A DNA stretch of 64,000 bases from Octopus sinensis. Lineage: Eukaryota. Shown in pieces: positions 51,401 to 64,000 of this stretch. Every line of letters starts with the position of its first letter. Within the stretch, counting starts at the first letter, position 1. The notes below the pieces were generated by a model. That model worked only from the letters and a program-made list of their open reading frames with translations. It searched no databases and was not told the DNA's origin. The DNA lies in assembly GCF_006345805.1 (NCBI RefSeq), contig NC_043000.1:119598001-119662000 (forward strand). Direction: 5' to 3'. The position numbers and the translations under genes are program-made.

Positions 51401-52978
51401 GTTTAATTCTCTTGTATTCATTCCTGTGACAGAATGTGCACTAATACAAAATAGTTGCTGCCGTAGTATGAATCTGTGTTATTGGACCTACCACATGTTA
51501 GTTTTATCAGCCATACTCTTCCGTACTGGCTAAGGGCATGGAAGAGAATATTAATTTTGGAGTTCTCCTTCTAGATTGACTACTGTAGCTACAGAGCTCA
51601 ATCTACACTCAGAAAAATCTGTTTAAACCAAGGGTGGGAAAACCCCATTCTATTGTGCTTGCAGGCTGATATACTCGTATGTACAAAATACAATAAATTT
51701 TTCAATTGTAAAATTTATACAATATTCATATGCCTATTTGCAACACAGGTTGTGTTTCCACTCGAGTTTGACTGTTTTAAGTCAATATGACTTAAAACGG
51801 TTAGATTCAAACAGAAATCGTCCAGTAATTGCCATTTGAATGGAAATTTTGTTTTCACTATAAAACACATATTGCTATCTTAGTACCCACCGCCTTGAGA
51901 CCCAACTACACTCTAGCTGAAAAATATAGAATACCTCATAAGTAATATAAATGTCCTAAATTCAGTGGCGGCGTTAATGAAGATGTTACACGTTCATTTA
52001 ATGCATTAAACTTATCTTTATTAATGTATATTGAATTGTGGCTGTGTGGTAAGTAGCTAGCTTACCAACTACATGATTCCGGGTTCAGTTCCACTGTGTG
52101 GTACCTTGGGCAAGTGGCTTCTATAGCCTCGGGTCGACCAAAGCCTTTTGAGTGGATTTGGTAGACAGAAACTGAAAGAAGCCCATTGTATATATGTATA
52201 TGTGTATATGTATGTGTGTGTATATGTTTGTGTCTGTGTTTGTTGCCCACCACCATTGGTCAACAACCAATGCTAGTGTGTTATGTCGCTGTAACTTAGC
52301 AGTTCGGCAAAAAGAGACTGATAAAATAAGTACTAGGCTTACAAAAAATATGTCCTGGAGTCGATTTGCTCAATTAAAGGCAGTGCTCCAGCATGGCCAC
52401 AGTCAAATGACTGAAACAAGTAAAAGAGTAAAGAGAGATATAAGAGTTAGAACTTGTGGTCTGCCTGTGGACCTTTCTCATTGGAAATTTTTGCCCACTG
52501 CACTAAAAAGTTTCCCCAACTCTGATTTAAACCATAGACAGGACCTTGGTAAATACTACCATCCCAGATTGGAATGGGCCTGGGGGTAATGGTAATTAAG
52601 GGGTGATTGCATGCTCCGCACAATTCCAAAACTCCTGGACTGGAGTCTCATCACCGGATGCAGCTTAATGTCAGATACAGGACAAAATTCTTGTGTAAAA
52701 GTGCCTGTGTGGTACCACATAAAAGCACCCAGCACATTTTGTTAAAGTGGTTGGCGTTAGGAAGGTCATCCAACCATAGAAACCATGCCAAGTCTGACTG
52801 GTGTCTGGTGTAGCTCCCCAGTTTGCAAGCCCTGGTCAAACTGTTCAACCCATACCAGCATGGACAATGGCCATTAAATGATGATGGTTATACTGATGAC
52901 TTAATTTCTCAGCTGAATCAAAGAGTTACAGGAAATCTAAATGTAAAAATGTAAAGTTGAATTTCTTTAAAGTTTATT

Positions 52979-53136
52979 TATATTATTTACATTTGACGGA
53001 TATTTGTCCTCATCTTGTTTGTTGTTAACACAACGTTTCGGCTGATATAACCTCCAGCCTTCATCAAGTGTCTTGGGGAAATTTTGAACCTGGGTTCTCA
53101 TTCCTAAGGTATTTTTCATTATTATTATTATTATTA

Positions 53137-53168
<32 letters not shown>

Positions 53169-53260
53169 TCACTGCCTGGAATCAAACTCAGAATCTTGGG
53201 GTTAGTAGCCTGCGCTCTTAACCACTATGCCATATGACATAGTGGTTAAATATAGAACTG
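52979..53260 (-). mobile_element. Third copy of the hammerhead-tailed tRNA-SINE
   Basis: Head CATATGGCATAGTGGTTAAGAGCGCAGGCTACTAACCCCAAGATTCTGAGTTTGATTCCAGG, (AAT)n linker, tail containing the hammerhead motif. Confidence 0.78.
53027..53072 (-). ncRNA. Minimal type I hammerhead ribozyme motif (C3U variant)
   Basis: GACAC-TTGATGA-A-GGCTG-GAGGTTATAT-CAGCC-GAAAC-GTT-GTGTT: stem I GACAC/GTGTT, stem II GGCTG/CAGCC, palindromic AACGTT stem III. Confidence 0.65.
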
Positions 53261-55360
53261 TCCTTTAAAGTTTGTTTTGCAAAGTTGGAAATTTTAGTTA
53301 TCATCATCTTTTAACGTCCGTTTTCCATGCTGGCATGGGTTGGACAGTTCAACTGGGGTCTGGGAAGCCAGGAGGCTGCACCAGGCACCAGTCTGATCTG
53401 GCGATGTTTCTACAGCTGGATACCCTTCCTAATGCCAACCACTCTGAAAGTGTAGTGGGTGCTTTTTATGTGCCACCGGCACAAGGGCGAGAGGGAGCTA
53501 GCATCGACCAGGATTGGATGGTGCTTTTTACGTGTCACCGGTATGGGAGCCAGTCAAGGTGGTGCTGGCATGAGCCACATTTGAATGGTGCTTTTTATGT
53601 GCCACTGGCACAGAAACCAGTCGGGGCAAGGAGGCTGGCATTGACCACATTCAGATGGTGTTTTTTATATGCCACCAGCACGGGGACCACAACTACAATT
53701 TCCATTTGATTGTGATTTTGATTTCATTTTGAAGTTGATGTACTTGACTCAACAGGTCTCCTCAAGTATGGCATGTCGCCCCATGATCCAAGGTTACTTT
53801 TTGAGATGGCTGGTTATGTGACACTGGTGTAGGTTACAGCTATAGTAAAAAAAAAGAAAAACAAAACAGGGATACTAATAATGAACATTTGCAGTGTTCA
53901 ATATACAGTAAGGGACACAGAAGGAACTGTATAAACAGTAACAAAATGAATTGTCAGCTTGTTGTGTTGTGTTCAAGCTTTCTTGTGGATATATTCTGGA
54001 GTAAACAGAAAATCCTTCAATTAGGTGTTTGTGACCAAATCAACTCGTTTCCACTCCTGTTGTCACCACTTTATGGAGTTGTTATGCAATAAAGAAATAA
54101 GAATCGTTAGCATGTCGGGCGAAATAATTAGCGGTATTTTGTCTGCTGTTACGTTCTGAGTTCAAATTCCGCCGAGGTCGACTTTGCCGTTCATCCTTTC
54201 AGGGTTGATAAATTAAGTACCAGTTACGCACAGGGGTCGATGTAATTGACAATTCCATTGTCTGTCCTTGTTTGTCCCCTCTGTGTTTAGCACCTTGTGG
54301 GTAATAAAGAAATAGGTATTTCGTCTGCCGTTACGTTCTGAGTTCAAATTCCACCTTTCATCCTTTCGGGGTCGATAAATTAAGTACCAGTTACGCACAG
54401 GGGTCGATGTAATTGACTTAATCCCTTTGTCTGTCCTTGTTTGTTCCCTTTATGTTTAGCCCCTTGTGGGCAATAAAGAAATAAGAATGAAGGTGTTAGA
54501 TTCATAAGCCTCAGTTCTATTGCTGGTGTTGTGCTGTACCTTGGGCAAGTCACTCAAATTTTTTCTCTCTCTTTTTCCTTCTTACCTGGCAGAATACGTA
54601 AGCCAAAAATATGGGGTGGGGGATAAAATCACTGACTTTATGCTGGTGTGCTGAATTGATTGGTAATTATTGTGGCTTTATGGCTGATAGTGTTGTGATC
54701 AAATCCTTTTGAATAGGAATGGTGTGACCAGGAGAGAGAGAGAGAAAATGAACATTGAAATGTGTTTTAATGTTGATGGTGGTGATGATGAAAGTATCAG
54801 GAGATAAAAAGCAAAATTATTTGTATATGTTGTAAACCATGAAAAAAATATTTTTAAAAATGTCAAAGAAAATTGCCTGAAAACATGAAATTAGCGCTAT
54901 TCTTGCAATGTTTTCTCCTTTTGGCAATGTCTATTCAATACTCTGTGCAAGCTTTATATAGAATTAAATTCATTGTCGCTGTAATCATCGCCATCATCAT
55001 GTTTCACCACCACACCTCTATTTCGGCGTCTATTTTTTTTTGTTTTTACATATTGGCATGGGTTAGCTAGGTCTGCTGGACCATGCTTGGCACAGCTTCA
55101 AATGCACATAATACTGGCACAGATTGTATTGGTTGGTACGGGCTCTTCAAAAGACAGAGGTAAACTTTGCTCTGCTACCATTTGATTACTAGGGCAAGTG
55201 TAATTAGAGCAAATATTTTGCAGATTAGTGCCTTTGGTTTATTTATTATATAGATAAGTTAAAAAATAAGACAAGGACTTCTAAGTTCTAATCTAATCAC
55301 CAAAAGATCGTTAGTATGTTTAACAGGAAATTAAAACCCTAGGTATTTTCATGTCTTGTA

Positions 55361-55862
55361 CAGTAATCCCTCAATTATCGCGGGTGTTACGTTCCAAAAT
55401 CTCCCATGATAGGTGAAAATCCGTGAAGTAGAAACAGTACTATACTGTATATATTTTTTATCATTTTCATAATTTGTATATATTTATTTTATTATAAATG
55501 GAAAACAACACCACACATTCACCTCCCAAGTTTTGTTTTCCATACAGTATGTGCAATTCTTTGTTTACTCATCTACAGTACATTACGTATTTTCTTTTAA
55601 TATAGTTTAATTAACGTGTTATACAGTGCCGTACTGAACTCTATTTTATATTTATCAATTTATTAATTTTTATGTGTGAAAACTTTTATTTTACCACAGA
55701 AATAATTAAAACGTAAAAAAAAAAATATATAAATACCTAGCAGCCACAGAAACACGCGATATAGTGAGGAGACCGTGATATAAATTTACATATATTAGGC
55801 AGAAAAAACCGCAATGTACTGAGTGCGCAATAGGTGAACCGCGATATGGTGAGGGAGTACTG
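55361..55862. mobile_element. Tigger/pogo-like MITE
   Basis: CAGTAATCCCTC..ATCGCGG / CCGCGAT..GAGGGAGTACTG inverted termini. Confidence 0.72.
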
Positions 55863-56599
55863 AATCATCGTTTTAGCACCCAGTTTTCCTTCCTTACGAG
55901 GAGAGACTTGATGCGGCAGATTTTCTATAGCTGGATGCTCTTCCTATCACCAACCCTCACCTGTTTGCAGATAAGGTAATATTTCCCTAAGACCAGACAT
56001 GTTTTCATGGTAGATTGGAAATGAAGGATACAGCTTACATGATACTGACGCTCACAAGGAAACAGTAACAGTATTAAAAAAAACGTTAAATGAATAAACA
56101 GCAAACAGGCATAGCTGTGTGGTTAAGAAGCTTGCTTCCCAATCACTTTGTTCTGGGTTCAGTCCCACTGCATGGCACCTTGCATAAGCGCCTCCTATTA
56201 TAACCCTAGCCTGACCAAAGCCTTATGGATTTGGTAAGTGGAAAGTAAAGGAAGCTTGTGTATCTGTCTTTGTACCCCCACCTGCTTTACAACCAGTGCT
56301 GGTGTGTTTATGTCCCCATAACTTAGCAGTTTGGCAAACGAGACCGATGGGATAAATGGCAGGATTAAAAAAAAAAAATAAATAAATAAATACTGGGGTT
56401 GATAAATTTGACTTAAAATTCTTCAAGATGTTGCCCCAGAATGACTGCAGTCTAATGACCGAAACAAGTAAAAGATAAAAGATATTACCATATCAACCCA
56501 TGCCACCATGGAAAATGGGTGTTAAATGATGATGATGATACACACACTGATTTAGGCTCTGGGGATTGTAATTCCCTGTGGACCAGTACACCCTGTAAG

Positions 56600-57125
56600 T
56601 TTCATATTCAGTTTTGGATGCTGGTAGATACATAAAAGTATATATGTGTATGGAGAGTTCTGTAGTTTGCTTGAAGCATTGTGCTTTGTTTGTAAAATAT
56701 AATGTGTCTTGAATGGCACAACAATGAACTAGAATTGAGACGTCAAGACTAAACGCATATCTATTTTGCCTGAGTTAGTCTGGGGGCAATTGGTGCAGTC
56801 TTTTGATGATTTCGTTGGAGTTCTTGACGTGTCCAGGAAAGGTGGAGAGTATGGGTTTCAGGATATGAGAAAGTAGCCAGGATATTTTATACAGCGGTCC
56901 TTCCACGCTGGAGACGATGGGTCTAATCTGGTTCGTGTGGCTATCCTTGTGTGTTTCAATGAGGTGATAGAATCTGGATAATCTACTGTTCTTTGTGATG
57001 AAGTTGTTCTTGTATTTGCTATGTAGTTGTCTCCATCTACAAATGTCAGTCCATGCTGTGTTAATTCGGTCCTCAATCTTGGTCGCGGTTGTATCTGTCA
57101 TTTCAGAATATGGTCTGTCATGTGC
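56600..57125 (-). mobile_element. Penelope-like element RT fragment
   Basis: RFYHLIETHK..IRPIVSSVEGPLYKISWLLSHILKPIL..HVKNS, then YAFSLDV after a stop: PLE RT N-terminal motifs. Confidence 0.85.
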
Positions 57126-59553
57126 TTGTGTCCCCTGCCCCTCCACTGCTTGATAATCAGTGCTGGCTTATTTACATAACCATAACTTAGTGGTTTGGCA
57201 AACGATATCAATAAAATAAGTACCAGGTTGAAAAAGTAAGTACTTGGGTTGACTTGTTCAACGAAACCCTTCAGGGTGGTGCCCCAGCATGGCTAGAGTC
57301 CAATGACTGAAACAAGTAAAAAAAAAAAAAGTTAATCTCTCTATATATAAAGCTGAAGTTGTCTGTGTATGGCAGGTTTGGTAGCCTTCAACTAACACTA
57401 TCTCCTCCAAGACCCTGCGGCGCAAGTTGACCAAAATTGAGAGTATGATAGAAGGCTTGCTCTTCATTCCGTAGAAGAAAAAATTCAAATCAAACCATGT
57501 TAACACAAAAAAATTATTGACATCAAAAAGGTGCTTTTTTTTTCTATGAAAATCCCTAATTTTTACGATTTTTTGACTGCTGTGTTGCCATTTTTCGGTG
57601 TATTTCAACCAGAAAAATGTTCACTTAAAGAGAATAACAAGCTACATAATGCAAAATTTTTACTTTTCAAAAATTCCAATTCTAAAGGGTCGAAACAAAC
57701 CCGAGCAACGCTGGGCGATACTGCTAGTAAAATGATAAATAACAACAGAGCTTTCTACTCTTGCTGACATCAAACTACTAACCTATATCTTAAAATTTTT
57801 ATTTTGTGCAATACCTCTTTATGTCCATAGGCTACAAATATCACCTTATATGCTTTGGTTAACCCAGCTGATAAAAAGAAATGTCATTCTTGCATTCATG
57901 CTTGGATGGTTTGTATAGAAATGATATCCGAGTATTAAAACATTTGCTCTGAGCAATTCATGCGTGTATAAATAAAGAAAAAAAATTTATTTGAACAGAG
58001 AAAAATGAAAGCAAATGTCAAACTGTTATCAAGCTGTTTGTGAAGTTATTGAAAATCTAACCATTAATTATGTTAATGTTAGGTCTATGTGCTATTACTG
58101 ATTAGTTTGTTTAGGCGTGGCTAGTGGCTGTCTGGTAAGAAGTATGCTTCCTGACCATATAGTTCTGGGTTCAGTCCCACTGCATGGCACCTTGAGCAAG
58201 AATTGTCTGCTATGGTCTTGGGTTGACCAAAACCTTGTGAGTGGATTTGGTTGATGGAAATTGGAAGTCTGCCATACATATCGTCATTGATGTATATCTA
58301 TGTGTGTGTGTGTGTGTGTTTTTGTGTCTGTGTTTGTCCCCCACCATTGCTTGGCAACTGGTGTTGGTTTGTTTACATCCCTGTTACTTAGTGGTTCAGT
58401 AAAAGGGTCCAATAGAATAAGTACCCAGCTTACAAAAAAAAGAAAAAAAAAAGGACTGGATTGATTCATTCAGCTAAAAACTCTTCAAGGTGCTACTCCA
58501 GCATGGCCACAGTCTGACGATTGAAACAAGTAAAAGATAGGAGATAATTATTTCTGTGGATGAGATCAGTAATGGATAGCATCGTGTCCCAGGGGCTAAG
58601 AATGCAAAAGTTGTCGATGATCACAATGGGATTTTCAAATTGTGATTTCTGCAGAAAGCTGTCTCAGTGGTGCTAAGACAGTGGAAAAAAAAAAAAAAGC
58701 TTGGATGTAGTGCTTTGTTGGAGATTGAACTGATAATGATGGACTCTCCTGTCGTTAGATGACGTATGAGGGTTCGACAATTTCTGACCGAACAACCACA
58801 CAGATGATTCGTTTATAGTGATCAAATGTTTGTGTAGACATAAGCTCACTCCCGCCATCAGGTGCAACAGGTGCCACATGTCAGATGTCGAAATGATTGT
58901 AGAGCAACATGAAATGAAGTGCTTTGCCCGGTCTGGGAATAGAACCCACGATCTCACAATCACGAGTGCAACACCTTAACCACTAAGCCATGTACCTTCA
59001 CAAATTAATAATAACAAACTTATTGTATACAGTGCTCAGGTGCTCTACAACTCATTAGAAAATGTCGTCAGAAATGCATGAACAGTTCATAGAATAATGC
59101 ACAGGTAGAGAACAATGAATGAGTCATTTCACAAAAAAAAAAAAATGGTGGGGTGCATCAGGTATACTGTTGGTAAAATTCAGGAAACATGGAAGTTTTG
59201 AAGGATGTCTTTCATCCTTTCGGGGGTCAATAAATTAAGTACCAGTTGCGTACTGGGGTTTATCTAATTGACTGGCCCCCTCCCCCCAAATTTTTGAACT
59301 TGTACCTAGAGTAGAAAAGAATATTTGGTCAATGGAAACAGTTTGAGTGTGTGTGTGTGTGTATTTGTGTCTGTTTGTCTTGGCAAGTGAAGGCCTGTGG
59401 CTTAGTGGTTTAGTGGTCAGTTCACAATTGTAAGGTCATGAGTTTGATTCCTGGTGATGTGTTGTATCCTTGAGCAAGACACTTTATTTCATGATGCTTA
59501 GTGGTATTTCTTCTGGCCTTATGTCCTGAGTTTAAATACCTCTGGTGTGTGTG

Positions 59554-59596
<43 letters not shown>

Positions 59597-59665
59597 AACC
59601 ACGTGTATTGTTGGTGATTTTCTTTCTCTGTCTTCCCTTCTTTGGACTTTTTCCTTTTTTTCTAT

Positions 59666-59700
59666 GTTTCTGACGAAGAGCTCCGCTCGAAATGTGAAAT
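59666..59700 (+). ncRNA. Degenerate minimal hammerhead motif, second family
   Basis: GTTT-CTGACGA-A-GAGC-TCC-GCTC-GAAA-TGTG-AAAT. Confidence 0.55.
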
Positions 59701-59791
59701 CCTCCTTTCTTTCCTTTCCTGAGCGTCCAATAACACTATACTTATTCCACATCCTCGCATTGTTGTGTTTTCTCTTTGTTCATGTTTGGAT

Positions 59792-59846
<55 letters not shown>

Positions 59847-60859
59847 TTTTCATCCTTACATTGTCAACAAAATAAGTTCCAGTGGAACACTGGAGTTGAT
59901 GTAATCAACATACCTGCTCCCACAGATTGCTGGCAAAAAAGAGTTGTAGCTGTTATTCAGTGGGGGCCAGCCTTGTCACATTCTGTGTCACACTGAGTTT
60001 CTCTGAGAACTGAATTAAGGGCATGCGTGTCCATGGAGTGCTCAACCACTTGCATGTTAATTTCAGGAGCAGGCTGTTCTGATGACTGGATCAACTGAAA
60101 CACTTGTCATCATAATCGATGGAGTCCCAGTTTTTTTGTCTTGGTATCACATGAGTGTTGTAAGTGAAAGCATGTCAAGCCATGAGGAAATATCAATCTT
60201 GCTTTGAAACAGGTAATGGTTGGCAACAGGAAGGGCATTCAGCTGTAGAAAAATCTGCCTCAGTAAAGTTCGTCCAACCCATGCAAGGATGGGAAAGTGG
60301 ACATTAAAACACTGATGATGATGATGTATGCAAAAGAGATATTTGCACTGTTTTGAATTTTGAACATGTCATACAAAAGCTTGTTTCCAGGGTGCTTTGT
60401 AATGGTTGATGGAGAACCCCATAATAAAAGTAAACCGAGAAATATATGCTAAGAAGCAGTAAGGATAGGCATTCACTTGTAGGCCACACTAAAGAGATGA
60501 GGTAGTACTGAGACATCTGGAATGATAAAGTTTTGGGAGCCTACCCAACACTACTAGCATAGCAAAGTTTCTTAATAGTAGTGATGATGATGATAGGATG
60601 TGTAGGCTATGAGGTTAAGAAGTCTGTTTTTATGCCATGTGGTTTCAGGTTCAGCTTCACTGCACAGCACATTTGGGTAAGTATTCTACTACAGCCCGAG
60701 GTTGATCAATGCTGTTTGAGTGAATTTGGTAGATAGAAACTATATGGGACAAATATATCTATTTGGTACATAGAAACTATATATGTAATGAAGCTTAATC
60801 ATGTTTCGGGACCAAAAGTTTTTTGTGGATATTTCCCAAACTAAAAAGAAAAAAAAATG

Positions 60860-61260
60860 AAGGCGGCAAGCTGGCAGAAATGTTAGCATGCTGGCGAAAT
60901 GCTTACCGGCATTTTGTCTGCTATGTTCTGAGTTCAAATTCTGCCGAGGTCAACTTTGCTTTTCATCCTTTCGGGGTCTATAAATTAAGTACCAGTTACG
61001 CACTGGGGTCGATGTAATCGACTTAATCCCTTTGTCTGTCCTTGTTTGTCCCCTCTGTGTTTAGCCCCTTGTGGGTAGTAAAGAAATAGGTATTTCGTCT
61101 GCCGTTATGTTCTGAATTCAAATTCCGCGGAGGTCGACTTTGCCTTTCATCCTTTCAGGGTCGATAAATTAAATACCAGTTACGCACTAGGGTCAGTCTA
61201 ATCGGCTTAATCCATTTGTCGGTCCTTGTTTGTCCCCTTGTGGGCAATAAAGAAATAAGA
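60860..61260 (+). mobile_element. tRNA-derived SINE family C, with tandemly doubled body here
   Basis: Core GAGGTCGACTTTGCCTTTCATCCTTTCGGGGTCGATAAATTAAGTACCAG resembles the MetaSINE central domain as recalled. Copies at about 2000-2690(-), 20050-20420, 23905-24100(-), 28070-28270(-), 46375-46605(-) and 54100-54485 (also doubled). Confidence 0.8.
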
Positions 61261-64000
61261 AACTATATGGGACCTTATCAAATATATTATGTGCGTGTGT
61301 ATGTGATTACAAGCTATTTGGTGACCCTATTGGTGCTGGTTTCATTTAAAAAGCATCTTGCCGGTGCCATGGGAAAAGAACCCAGTACACTCTGTGAACT
61401 GATTGGTGTTAGGAAAAATATCCATCTGTAGAAACTGTGCCAAAATAGACAAATGGAACCTGATGTAGCTCTTTGGCTTGCTAATTCCTCTTGAACTGAC
61501 CAACCCATGCCAGCATGGAAAAGGACATTAAATGATGATGATGATAATGGTGTGTGTATTGTTTGTGTTTGTTTCTCTCTTGCTCACCGCTTGGCAGCCA
61601 TGTTGGTTTGTTTATGTCCCTGGAACTTAGCTGTTTCGTTAAAGAAACCTAAAGAATAAGTACCAGACTTAACATGACTTCTGGGGTCGATTTATTTGAC
61701 TATCCTTCAAAGCAATGCAAAGTAATTAGAATTAATGCAAATGTCTCCTGCAAGGCTAGATATAATCCTATATTATCATCTATAGCTGTTTTCATCTTTT
61801 TCCATTCTTGTATCTTTTAATCTGAGAGTAGCTGCATATAAAGTTTTGATCTATATCTTCAGAAGAAATCTATTCTTAAATATCTGCTTGATTCTAAAGG
61901 CTTTCATATTTCTTAAGCGGAAACCATTCGTTACTTTGCTAGTAAGATTCGACTTGAAACGACAGTTCACTAAATTAGCTAGCTGCCAAGACAAGACAAA
62001 TCTTTCTCTTTTCTCTTCCTCTTCTTCTTCCATTATAACTGAAATAAAATTAATCTAATCCATGTCTGGATTTTCTCCTTGTGGATTTCAGAGTTTCACA
62101 AGTGCTCATTGTAAATTGATGTTTGTTTTTCTTAATGTGTCTAATGGAATCTCCAAAGTGGATTCAAATTTAGTGCTATCAAATGCCAACCATAATAGTG
62201 AATATACCTGATCATCAAATAAATGTACTTTACGATTTTGGCTTGTTACTTCATATACTAAATATATTTCCTTTTATTGAAGCCAGACTTGTTGAAGAGC
62301 TGTGGTTCTAAGCCAGGGTTCATATGACCCCAGGGTGGTAATTCTTAACAATTTTTTACCTATGGATCCTTTTGATTCCTATTTTACTTGGGTGGACTCT
62401 CATAGCCATTTGCTGTTTAAAAAAATCCCATTATATTTTTGGAATTGAATATTATTTGGAGTTGCTTAAACTCCTAATAGTTGCTTAAACTCCTAAGTTG
62501 TTGAAGAGCTGTGGTTCTAAGCCAGGGTTCATATGACCCCAGGGTGGTAATTCTTAACAATTTTTTACCTATGGATCCTTTTGATTCCTATTTTACTTGG
62601 GTGGACCCCCATAGCATTTGATGTTTAACCCTTTAGTATTCACGTTATTCTGTCAAAAGTAATGCTTATTTATTCACATTGTTTTAAATTAATCCTGCAT
62701 TATCTTGTAGCTTTGAGATTTTGATGAAGTAACTATTCATTTTTAGAATGATATAGTAGGGCTGGTATGATAGGCCAGATCTAGCCAATTTGAACATAAA
62801 ACAGGGGAGAATATTTTGGCCGGATATAGCCGGTTTAAAATGCTACAGGGTTAAAAAAAAATTCCATTATATTTTTGGAATTAAATATTATTAGGAGTTG
62901 CTTAAAAAAATTTAGATATTTGGTGTACTGAAGAAGTATAAGCTGTTTATTGTGCATAAATTTCTACAAAAATATAGGGCCATTATGCCCCCCCCCCCCC
63001 CCGACCACAAAGATTATATGGACCTTGGTTGAAAACCATTGCCCTAGGAGGTCCATGTAACATTTTGTTGTTAAAATTTATGTGCCATAAATTGGTTACA
63101 CTTCTACAATGCACAACATATTTTGACAATTTTTTAATACAATTTATAACAAGAGCACTCAGGGAGCACAAACCTCCGCCAAGGCAACACTAATGTTCTC
63201 TCAACGATTAGCCAGAGATGATTTTTCAAGTGAGAATATCTGAAATAAACTCAACTGCTCTCACAAATGAGAATACTAAAAATTAACCTGATTGCTTTCA
63301 AAAATTAAGTGAAAAAACAGGAAAAATAATCCAGAATCCTTGCCTGGTACCAGATCGATCCCAAAATCTAATCAGTCACAAGGCCAAACATCCTTGTTTG
63401 GCCGAACTGTTAAGTTATGGGAATGTAAACACACCAACACCAGTTGTCAGGCAGTGGTGATAGGACAAACACAGACATATATACACATGTGCATATGCAC
63501 ACACACACATACACGTAAGGCAGGCTTCTTTCAGTTTCCGTCTACCAAATACACTCACAAGACTTTGTCAGACATCTAGGTTCCTTATAATCTCCTCTGT
63601 AAGATTCAAACACTTGAAATAAATTACATCAATTTAAAATCTAGAGCAATCTTCAGCTGCACAAATTGATGTGATGATTGCATTGTTCAGTTAAATGGAG
63701 TTGCATGAAACGATCATACTGCATTACCTCTGGATATCCTTGTTGCTTATTTTGATTTTAATCACCTTGTTTTGAAATTGTATGGATAATAACGTACTAA
63801 ATTCTGGTGCCTCAACTTAAGTATCATATTCATCTGAATCTAAATTTTTGCTGAACTCATCTACCATATCTAATATATATATATATATATGTATGTTTAA
63901 TTTTCAAGGAAAGATTTGAAGAAATAGTTACCAGGGTAGCCAAATGTCACATAAACACTTTAAGATATTATTAATAACCACATAAACATGGGTAATATTC

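Noticed and set aside
60075-60110. CTGATGA..GAAAC hammerhead-like words
   Set aside because: No convincing stem II; lies within another SINE-like body.
60453-60505. AVRIGI peptide resembling PNPT1 exon 8
   Set aside because: No polypyrimidine acceptor, a stop 3 codons later, and wrong spacing to the KEM-like words.
626-63579. Most ORFs in the supplied track (e.g. 763-1179, 25850-26291, 36264-37058, 53272-53709)
   Set aside because: They are translations of SINE copies and tandem arrays; the same peptides recur at many loci.

Overview
AT-rich, repeat-dense animal genomic DNA. The SINE/LINE/MITE content and intron sizes suggest an octopus-like coleoid cephalopod (inference). Two genes lie head-to-head. 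On the minus strand are the first three coding exons of KNTC1/Rod (6636-6505, 4632-4515, 1519-1404), continuing off the left edge. On the plus strand are exons 1-7 of mitochondrial PNPase PNPT1 (12129-48652). Exon 8 was not found, so intron 7 appears to run past the right edge. None of these spliced exons is given correctly by the ORF track. The introns hold several tRNA-derived SINE families, RTE LINE fragments, a decayed Gypsy pol, a Penelope RT fragment, Tc1/mariner, hAT and TTAA MITEs, Helitron-like elements and microsatellites. The most interesting signal is a tRNA-headed SINE family carrying a minimal hammerhead-ribozyme motif, with Penelope-style inverted ends, plus two further hammerhead-like families. 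Also notable are a composite E2F/CHR motif upstream of KNTC1 and several DNA-repair or rearrangement scars: snap-back palindromes, a fold-back duplication, a microinversion, a locally templated insertion and a 0.95-kb tandem duplication. No database searches were run, and repeat boundaries are approximate.
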